Origin: Octopus sinensis
Taxonomy: Eukaryota
Assembly: GCF_006345805.1 (NCBI RefSeq)
Contig: NC_043010.1
Location: 9,238,001 to 9,302,000, forward strand
Reading direction: 5' to 3'
Length of the DNA stretch: 64,000 nt
Shown: piece by piece, positions 53,500 through 64,000 of the stretch
Numbering within the stretch: the first letter of the stretch is position 1
Layout of the letters: each line of letters begins with the position of its first letter
Notes under the pieces: model-generated
What the model was told of the DNA's origin: nothing
What the model saw: only the letters and a program-made list of their open reading frames with translations
Databases searched by the model: none
Program-made: the position numbers and the translations under genes

Positions 53500-54200
53500 A
53501 TTCATCTCCCTCATTATTGCAATCACCATCACCATCACCGTCGCTGTCTCTGTCGTCGCTGTCACCTTCTTCACCGCTGCTGGTCCTGTTGTTTGTCGTC
53601 GATAGTTACCATTGTGTTGATTCTCATCGTCAATATTGTTGTTGTAATTTTGGTTATCATAATTGTCGATAATGTTATTGCAATAATTTTTGTTGTTATT
53701 GTAATTGGGATCAGCATCAAAAATTGTCATCGTTTTTGTCATCATCATCATCATCATCGTTGCTGCCACCACCAGCACCACTCCTAGCTCTAGTACCAGC
53801 ACCTGCACCAATACCAGTACCACCAGCACCACAACCACCTCCACCAGCATCATCCTCATCATCATCATCCTCATCATCATCATCTTCATCATCCTTATCA
53901 TAACCATCCTCATCATTATCTTCCTCATGCTCACTGTCATCCTTATCAACAACATCATCATCATTCCCATCACCACCACCACCACTACCATCATCATAAT
54001 CATCATCATCATCATCATCATCATTATATTCCTCCTCCTCATCATCATCATCATTATCGTCGTCATCATCATTTACTACATTCTTCTACATAGTTTCCTT
54101 CTTACTTTCAAATTTCTGAGACTGTTATTGCTGCTGTTGTTGTTGTTCCCTCTTCTCCTCTTTCTCCTTCTCCTCCTCCTCCTCCTTTTTCTACTCCCAC
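53500..54200. repeat. Compound degenerate trinucleotide repeats (CAT/CAC/GTT/CTC)
   Basis: Direct reading. Confidence 0.85.
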
Positions 54201-54592
54201 ATCTTCCTCTTCCTCTACACCCATTCAAAATTATGTAATAGATTATCCACTCAAATGCATTGCTCTTCAGTTGCCTTTCTTCACTACATCACCTTTTACA
54301 AACCTCTTGATAGCAATTAACAGAAATCAAAAACCAGGAAAACAAAAAAAAAATCTCTATATAGAATTTTCAATTGGCCATTCTGGATAAGCATTCTTAA
54401 ACAATATACATGTATGTGTGTGTATGTGTGTGTACACACACACACACACATATGTATGTGTGTGTACACACACACATACATATATGTATATACATTATAT
54501 ATATATACACACAGGCACACATATATATACATATATATATTTATATATATATATATGTACACATATATATATATATGTATGTATACATATAT

Positions 54593-54802
54593 ATTTCTTT
54601 ATTGCCCACAAGGGGCTAAACATAGAGGGGACAAACAAGGACAGACAAAGGGATTAAGTCGATTATATCGACCCAGTGCAAAACTGGTACTTTATTTATC
54701 GACCCCGAGAGGATGAAAGGCAAAGTCGATCCCGGCGGAATTTGAACTCAGAACGTAACGACAGAGGAAATACTGCTAAGCATTTCGTCCGGCATGCTAA
54801 CA
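54593..54802 (-). mobile_element. SINE family B
   Basis: Consensus match. Confidence 0.88.
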
Positions 54803-55315
54803 TTTATATACACACACACACATACATATAAAAATACATATATACATATTTATATATGTATATAGACATACATATATATATATCTATATATATGTATACA
54901 CTTACACATGCGTGCACATGTGTATATATACATATATGAGAGGAGAGAAATTCTGCCTCACAAATTTTGTCTGACCCATTCAAGCATGTAAAAGGGAACA
55001 TCAAAATGACGATAATGTTGATAGTTAAATGACAATTATATTAACAAACAATAACACAGGACATAGAATTTCCTGCGAAATTGTTAGATCAATGTTTCAA
55101 TGCGAGTCAGATGTTCAAGTTAAGGATTTAGGTGGGCCACAACTGTGTTCAACTTAAATCCATAGCTTGCATATCTGAAACTTAAAGTCATGTATTAATT
55201 GCTTGTTAGTATGATGATCAGAAAACTATATTGTGAATCTTTTCTCTTTTCATATAGCTGAGTGTTCTTTCATTTTTACAATGAACCACAGTCAATGATA
55301 TATATATATATATAT

Positions 55316-55689
55316 CTCTTTTACTTGTTTCAGTCATTTGACTGCGGCCATGCTGGAGCACCGCCTTTAGTCGAGCAACTCGACCCCGGGACTTATTCTT
55401 TTTGTAAGCCCAGTACTTATTCTATCGGTCTCTTTTTGCCGAACCGCTAAGTGACGGGGACGTAAACACACCAGCATCGGTTGTCAAGCAATGCTAGGGG
55501 AACAGACACACAAACACACACACATACATATATATATATACACACATATATACGACAGGCTTCTTTCAGTTTCCGTCTACCAAATCCACTCACAAGGCAT
55601 TGGTCGGCCCGGGGCTATAGCAGAAGACACTTGCCCGGAACCATGTGGTCGGTTAGCAAGCTACTTATCACACAGCCACTCCTGCGCCT
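55316..55689 (-). mobile_element. SINE family A with internal deletion
   Basis: Consensus match; B-box region deleted (ACTTGCCC|GGAACC). Confidence 0.88.
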
Positions 55690-57457
55690 ATATATATATA
55701 TATACACACACACTCATATATATATGTATACAATGAGCTTCTTTCACTTTCTTTCCATTTACCAAATCCACTGATAATGCTGAAGACATTTGCCCAAAGT
55801 ATCATGCAGTGGGTCTGAACCCAAAACCATGAGGTTGGCACGTAAACTATTCACCACACAGCTACAATGTCACCTATATATACACACACATGTGTGTGGG
55901 AGGGAGGAGAGAATGAGAAAGAGAGAGAGAGGGAGAGAAAGAGAATGTATAGCAATAGAGAAACAGGTTTCTTTTCCAAACATATTATATATACAAAACT
56001 CTACTACGTTCCCGTTTCAACATTTAGTTATTAATCACTTTTTCATATTTCCTTATTGTTCTTTAATTATGATCAAGAACAATCATGTTCCTAAATGCTT
56101 AGATCTGATATTTTTATAATATCCATAATCTAATTCTGAAATTAAACCATTGTCGTGATGTATGGTTCAGATACTCTATAGTAAAGCAGAAAAGGTTGAA
56201 GGAGTAATTACATAACAGATGAAAATTCTCAATGCTGAACTTAATATTATATAATGTGAAATCCTGATAGCTTGCATAATATTTTGATATATATATATTT
56301 ATATATTATGTTTGGTTTATGTATGTGTGTAATTCATATGAATATTTTTAGGTAGAAATGCAGGGTTACTGTGACTTCTTTGTTAGTAATAGCTTGTCCA
56401 ATGGACTGATGCCAGAAAACCTTGAAATCACAATCGCCCTCTATGTTGTTATTGAATAATATACTTAGACCCTGTCCCTGTATTGATCCTGTGCTTAGAG
56501 TGTGTTACCTGTTATTTCTAATGTAATTTTAAGAATACTGACATCAAATACATACAAATATGCATACACACACATATATGTATATATATATATACATATA
56601 TATATCTGTATGTATGTATACACACTTATAAATATAATGTACATATTTGTGTTTAATTTGATTATATCACTCTAACTCTACAGTAATAGCCTCGTATTAA
56701 TATTCACAATAGCACATACTCGTATTCCTCTCATCTCTCATATTTGTGATTGCGTATGTCCATCTGCGTGTCTATTTGACTGTATGTAATTGCGTGTGTT
56801 TGTTTGTATGTATGTGTATGTTTCCATACACACAAACACACACACAGAGGCACACGCGTGCATGCACACATGTGCACACACACACAACTATAAACATATA
56901 CAAATATTCTGATAATGAGAGAGATACCTACAATCATTCTGCAACAATCCCACACCTGATCTTCACCACTCTGCTCGACATCAGCACGCATCACATTATA
57001 TCAAGCCGTTTTAATTGAAAGAATGGACATCTCTCTGATGAAGTCATTCTGTGGTTAATTCCAATGTAGCGTCCAAACATCAGAAGCAGCTTGCATTGCT
57101 AAGCTAAGCTGGAGAAGATGAAACAATTTTTAGTAAGATTAATGACACAGAAACAGTTCTACTTATTATGCTTGTTTCATGATGTGTAGGTAGCGAGGTT
57201 TAACAGCATTAATGATATTTTAATATTTTATACCAATCACATAGCTTCAAAAGGATCAGTTGTGACTGTCAGAAAACAGAAACAATTGCAAAATGGCTGC
57301 AGTCTGATCTGATGATCGGTGAGTCTTTTTCATCAGCCTTCGTCATATTTTATCTCTTTTAAACCTAAAATAAATTCTGTTTCAACTTATTTTCTTTTGA
57401 ACGTGTGGGTATATGATTAGTAGTTTAAAGCAGAAAAATCGGAATATATATACATAC

Positions 57458-57502
<45 letters not shown>

Positions 57503-57596
57503 GTATATATATATGTGTATGTATATATATATAAAAATATATACATATATATGTATGTATATCTGTATATATATATATACATACATATATATATAT

Positions 57597-57642
<46 letters not shown>

Positions 57643-57926
57643 ACATGTGTGTGCCTCTGTGTGTCTATGTATACCAAAGATTATTTTGGTAGGGATAGCT
57701 GGATGTGAATATATATATTAGACAATAATACCACCTATGGCAGCAGCTTACCAATCTCAAGTTGCGAATCCACATAATGGACTCAGCAGGTTCTCTTACT
57801 TAGAGTGACCTTCTTATTTGCAATATTGACCACAACAAATGTTCCATTAGAGAAGTCTATAAAATATTAAGCTCCCAGTCTTATGTGTGTGTATGTGTGT
57901 GTGTGCATCTATATACATTTATATAT

Positions 57927-57977
<51 letters not shown>

Positions 57978-58095
57978 TATATATATACCCATACATACAC
58001 ATATACATATATATTATATATATATATGTATGTATAAATGTACACACATTGAAAAATTCATATTGACTGGTGTATTTGCCTAATGGTATATATAT

Positions 58096-58131
<36 letters not shown>

Positions 58132-58909
58132 ACATATAATATGAATGTGTTGTGCGTTTATAATAACGTAAATGTAATTGTGTACATATATGTATATCTA
58201 TATATGTATATGCATACAACACACGACACAAACACTTATGTATGTGTAGTATATCTAGATGTCTGAATATATATGTGTGCATGTGTATGTGTATGTGTAT
58301 GCATGTTTGTACGTGTGTTATGTACACGAAAATATGTATATAACATTGCGTACCTCGAAGGCAAAATTTCCAAAGCAAATGCCCTAACATTCAGAATCTA
58401 AACACTTTCTCAATTCAGGAAATATGGTTGCTTCAATTCTGATTCAATAGGTAAATTATGTAATTAAAGACGTTCGTGCATTGCCATGGGAGCTAACAGT
58501 GAATAATGATGGATACAAAATAAATGTTTAATACTCTGATATATAAAATAGCTAGAAATATAAATTCACAGCAGGGTATGAAACATAGTCATACAGCAAA
58601 TATTATTTATATTTCAAAAATATAGTTTCATGTGAGAGTTTTTTTTATTTATTTATAATTTAGTATTTATTTACCTTGGAGAAATTACATTAAGTAAACC
58701 CTGTTTCCTTATTGAAGAATAATAAGGGGGTATATGAATTGGATTTGAGGGTGATAAAATTGATAAATTACACAAAAAGATAAAAATTTTGGAAAATATT
58801 AACGTGTGTATAAATTGGTATGTGTGTGCAAGTGTTTGTACATCAACATGTTCATGCATACATACACACATCTATATATCTATATAATATATATATATAT
58901 ATATATATA

Positions 58910-59034
<125 letters not shown>

Positions 59035-59274
59035 ATATAAATACTCACACAAACATATATATATATGCATATATATGTTTGTATATATGTAAATGTAAAT
59101 GTCTCTGTGTTTGTGTATTCATACATACATCATGTATATATGGGGAGAATTCCTTGTTTAGACATGTACTGGATGCAGGATTGAATTCTAGTTGTATTAC
59201 TTTTATAAATTTTTTCCATACTCATACATAGATTATCTATAACCCTTCAAGCCGAGCCAAATCACATTTATGGC

Positions 59275-59538
59275 AGATACTGGTGTCATGCAAATTGGCA
59301 CCCATGCCAGTGGCACGTAAATGCACCTCAGTGTCACGCAAATGACACCCATGCTGGTGGCATGTAAAAGCACCTATTAAACCCTCAGAGTGGTTTGTGT
59401 TAGGAAGGGCATCCAGCCATAGAAAACTATGCCAAATCAGACTGGAGTCTTGTGCAGCTTTCCAGTATATCAGCTCTGGTCAAACTGTCCTACCCAGTTT
59501 GACAACAGACGTTAAATGATGATGATGATGATGATGAT
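59275..59538 (+). mobile_element. SINE-like family C, diverged
   Basis: TTAGGAAGGGCATCCAGCC core and GACGTTAAAT(GAT)n tail. Confidence 0.8.
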
Positions 59539-59816
59539 AAATTTTGATTGGAATGGAGAAGCATCCAAACTCATCAACATCATTTCTAGACAGTTACAAT
59601 TTCGTCTTCAATGTGATGTGATGTTGACATGTGTTGCTGTCCCCTCTTAAGTGTGCAGATATGTACATCATCAATCAGGTACATATCTATCTATTTATTT
59701 TAGAATTGTACTGTATTATGGGTATTGAGTCCATCATCATAAATCTATTTGTGTGGAAAATTCTGCCTGCAAATATTAAATGAGTTATCTCCTAAAAGCT
59801 TTCTATCTGGTTTTGT

Positions 59817-60042
<226 letters not shown>

Positions 60043-60453
60043 TTTAACTTCAACTTTTCCATGCATGTACTTGTCAGGTAAAATTCAGTGGGGTAGATTT
60101 TCTACAGTTTGACACCCTTCTTATTGCTGGACTCACCTGCTTCCAAGCAAGGTAATTCCTCCACATAAGCCAGACATGGAAGATTGGAAATGGCTGACAC
60201 TAATGGTAATTCTTGCATAATGGCAACTCTTGTTTACAAATATTACATGATGTCAAGACAACGAGACACAAATAATCTACCCTTATACATACACATACAA
60301 CAGGCTTCTTTCAGTTTCCACCTTTCAAATGGCTTTGGTCAGTCTGGTGCTATAGTAGAAAGGTTGTACTCAGGTGTTCCAGAGTAAAACTGAACCTAAA
60401 ACTATGTAATTGAAAAACAAACTCTGTACCGATACACCTATACACCTATCCAA

Positions 60454-60689
60454 GGCGGCGAGCTGGCAGAAATGTTAGCACGCCGGGCGAAATGCGTAGC
60501 CGTATTTCGTCTGCTGTTACGTTCTGGGTTCAAATTCCGCTGAGGTCGACTTTGCCTTTCCTCCTTTCGGAGGTCGATAAATTAAGTACCAGTTACACAC
60601 TGGGGTCGATGTAATCGACTTAATCCGTTTGTCTGTCCTTGTTTGTCCCCCCCCTCTGTGTTTAGCCCCTTGTGGGTAGTAAAGAAATA
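60454..60689 (+). mobile_element. SINE family B, full length
   Basis: 13-bp TSD TATACACCTATCC at 60439-60451 and 60690-60702. Confidence 0.93.
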
Positions 60690-62298
60690 TATACACCTAT
60701 CCTTATTTGGCATTATGTGGTGAGATGCATTGAAACTAGAAGAGTGGAGATGGGACACTGTTATGCTTGTATTGCCTGTTATACAGGCAATACAAGAATA
60801 ATACTTTCCCAATCAATGATTTACATAGCAGTTAGTCGTTAATCACTTGTTCAAGGGTTAACATGTCTATTATTTGCTGTTAACAAGAGGGTTTTAGCTT
60901 GTTCTGTTTTTTTTTATAGTATATTATTAGTATTACTTTGATGCAATACATTTTATGTTCCATTCTATAAGATATTTGATACGTTCAACTATTCTGTCGT
61001 TAGAATTCATTGAATTGATACAATATGCTTTAAGAGTAGTTTATGCATTTTCAATTAGTATGGTGGTGGTGGTTAATGAATTTGCTATATTGTATTGTCC
61101 TATGTCTTAATTTATTAATTTGTGAGATTAATCTTTATTAACATATTTCCTTAATTCAGTGGACCTTTTTTTATCTTGTGCTCTGTGGAAAAAAAATGCT
61201 ACAAGCTCTTCTTAGAAGGGATATCATGACAGACATTTTCTTCGTGTGTCGAACATTTGTTAACTCTTCTAAGTATATGCTTTTATTAGTGACTTTTAGG
61301 AGTAAACACAGTGACTGTCATCTCTTCAATGATGACACGACTTTTACAGTGAAAGTTATAATACCTGTAGTAATGTCTGGTATTATAAGAGCCAAACACC
61401 AATAAATTCCATCTACAATAAAACATCATATCAACATCACTTTATTCTGAACTCAAGAATACAAAGATCTAAAAATGTGATGATAGACCCTGGAACTTTA
61501 ATAATCCCAATAAACGGTTAAGGAGACAGGAAAATATGAAACCATCTAATGAAAGATAAACAATGACACATTCATATTTGCAAAACACACACACACCTGT
61601 TATACAGGGTGACCCAGATACAATGCCTGATTAAAGTTGGTTATAATATTCAGCATTACAAATCATCAATATATTCACATGAAACTTTCACGTAATATTC
61701 ACAACACCATGCATTTTATTTTATTTTTATAATTTAATTTTTATGGTTTTTATAATTTTGCAATTCTCTAAAAGTTAACAACTTAAATTGAGATGGTAAT
61801 ATCAACATCAATCAGATTGGTCCTGCATACCTGCATATTATTAAGAGGCAGCAACACATGTGAGTATCACTTCATCCTCAACTTATGAAAACAAAACTGA
61901 CTAGAAATGCTGATGAATATGGAAGCTTTGCTAGTTCAAACAAACAGTAAGTAGAGGAAAAAATCTGAATAAAAATGATATATATATATATATATATATA
62001 CATGTATATACAAACACACACGCACACACACACACATACACACACAAACATACACACATATATATATTAAACACTAATAGTATTTAAAATTTATGGTAGC
62101 TATTTTGGTAGAATTTTCTTCATTTAATGCAAATATAAAAGATTACATCATGACATATATATACTTCACCATCATCAGGTAAAATCTTAAACATGTAAGA
62201 TTTTAAACATCGGCCTAGATATAGTCATCATTAGCCATTTCTGTCATCTTACGAGTTGATGTGCCTTAATTCTTGTGAATATATATAACAAATTATAT

Positions 62299-62335
<37 letters not shown>

Positions 62336-62566
62336 CTTTATTTTAAGCAGCAGAAAATTCAACAAAATCTGTTACTCTGAGTTTCTCGTTGCCGTTCATC
62401 AGACAGTTTTTGCTAGCAAAAACTGTCTGATGAACGGCAACGAGAAACTCAGAGTAACAGATTTTGTTGAATTTTCTGCTGCTTAAAATAAAGCATATTA
62501 CTCTACCACTGGTATTTGAGTACTCTTTTTTTCCACCTTGTTTCACATTTATGTGTTTACTCCGGT
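62336..62566 (+). mobile_element. (TA)n-embedded element with perfect 158-bp palindrome (putative non-autonomous Penelope-like, inverted pseudo-LTR)
   Basis: 62336-62414 is the exact reverse complement of 62415-62493 with no spacer; ~70-bp unique tail follows, then (TA)n. Confidence 0.8.
62423..62460 (+). ncRNA. Minimal type I hammerhead ribozyme motif (mirror copy on minus strand 62369-62406)
   Basis: CTGT-CTGATGA-A CG GCAA CG A-GAAA-CTCAGAGT-A-ACAG: complete core, GUA triplet, stem I CUGU/ACAG, near-palindromic stem III, GNRA-capped stem II with an A-A mismatch at its base. Confidence 0.7.
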
Positions 62567-62585
62567 ATATATATATATATATATA

Positions 62586-62794
62586 GTTAATCCAAACAAG
62601 AAAACACAAGAAAACACAACAACGCGAGGACGTGGAACAAATATAGTATTATTGGACGCTCAGGAAAGAAGGAAAGAAGGAGGGTTTAACGTTTCGAGCG
62701 GAGCTCTTCGTCGGAAACATAGGAGAAGGAAAGATCCCGAGAAGGAAAGACAGAGGAAAAAAATCGCCAATGGTACACACGAGGTCACATTTTG
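62586..62794 (-). mobile_element. Short (TA)n-adjacent element with hammerhead motif at 62684-62718
   Basis: Minus strand GTTT-CCGACGA-A-GAGC tcc GCTC-GAAA-CGT-T-AAAC; same family as 4125-4290. Confidence 0.75.
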
Positions 62795-63324
62795 ACTTAT
62801 ATGTGTTGTGTGTGCATTATATATTTATATACATATAGCTTTAACAATATTATACTTTTATAGTGAATTAGACTGATAGGGTTGTTAGAACATTGGACAC
62901 AATATCTTGTGGTCTTTCTTTCTGAATCCCTACCTTCTGAGTTCAAGTCCTGCTAAAGTTGGCTTTTCCTCTCATTCTTTTTGAGTCCATAAAATAAAGT
63001 ACCAGTTAAGTATGGATGTTAATTTCACCAACCAACCCTATGCTTCTCATTCATATTTAGGCCTTGTGTTTATATCAGAAACAATAATGAAATAATGCCT
63101 ATTGACACCTCAGCATGGCTGTTCCATAAGAACCGATGTTACTATCATTTTAACCCCAGGAGGACGCCTGCCCAGCTTGTAATAAAATGGTACTAAATTT
63201 GGTTCTTACAGAAGAGCCAGGTTGAAGTGATGATAAACATTACTTCTCAGCATAGTTATTGCTTTCATTTCTTATAGCAATTTTCTAACAAGATAATTTG
63301 TTTAATTACAAAATATTAAAAAAA

Positions 63325-63722
63325 TCTTTATATATAAAATTGAAGTTGTGTGTCTGTCTCCTACGATTTAGATTCCTAACTACTCCTACATTTTCCGGTG
63401 CAGTTTAACCAAAACCGGGTATCTTATAGTCGTGATTCATATCGAGCCCTTCTGGGTATTAGCATGCGTCTACAATGAGTCTACGATTTAAAAAAAAATT
63501 TACCATAATTTTTTTCCATTTCAATGCATTTTTTCGCTATTATATAAGGGAAGTAACTCTCTAAAAATGTCTACGATGAGTCAACGATTTAAAAAAAAAT
63601 TTACCATCATTTTTTTTCCCTTTTTAATGCATTTTTTTTGCTATTTTTTGGCTATAACTCTCTAAAAATGCTTATATAGTTATTTCCCTTACAAACCCGA
63701 GCAACCCGGGCAATACTGCTAG
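63325..63722 (+). mobile_element. Non-autonomous Helitron
   Basis: A|TC 5' end, CTAG|T 3' end, subterminal GC-rich hairpin CCCGAGCAACCCGGG, no TSD; internal ~100-bp tandem duplication. Confidence 0.8.
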
Positions 63723-64000
63723 TCTTATATAAAGCTTTTCATGGTATGATTGAACCAAGTTTTTTTTCTTTCAGCTGTAAGGAATTCCTTGAACTTCTGA
63801 ACAAGAAATTTTGACCAGAACTTGTGTGATTCAGTCCTGAGCTGATAATCTTGCAATGTGGTATATTGCCAGATTAGATGCTCACAGTTCTCAGTCGACT
63901 CAATAAAATGTCCTAAGTAATATTTAGCACTTATGAGCATGCCGCAACGTTTTTCACCTATGATTCCTTATTAAGGAGAAACATAAAGCCAAATATCTAA

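Overview
AT-rich, repeat-dominated eukaryotic DNA. The SINE families and dense (TA)n/(CA)n/(ATT)n microsatellites suggest an Octopus (coleoid cephalopod) genome; this is an inference. I could not support any host protein-coding exon: nearly all listed ORFs are translations of microsatellites, SINEs or a 19-bp satellite. Supported contents are one tRNA-Leu(UAA) fused to a SINE and inserted in an older SINE; a 2.9-kb 19-bp satellite; a full-length but decayed IR/DR Tc1 (DD34E) transposon; mariner, piggyBac-like, hAT-like, Mutator-like and Helitron non-autonomous elements; Penelope-like and RTE-like retroelement remnants; and at least five SINE families. The most interesting signals are (i) several short microsatellite-embedded elements carrying minimal hammerhead-ribozyme motifs, one in a perfect 158-bp palindrome that puts a hammerhead on both strands, (ii) the apparent pre-tRNA/SINE chimeric retrocopy, (iii) four separate local templated duplications, and (iv) an old ~710-bp inverted repeat. 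Coordinates were counted by hand and may be off by a few bases, more for decayed elements.
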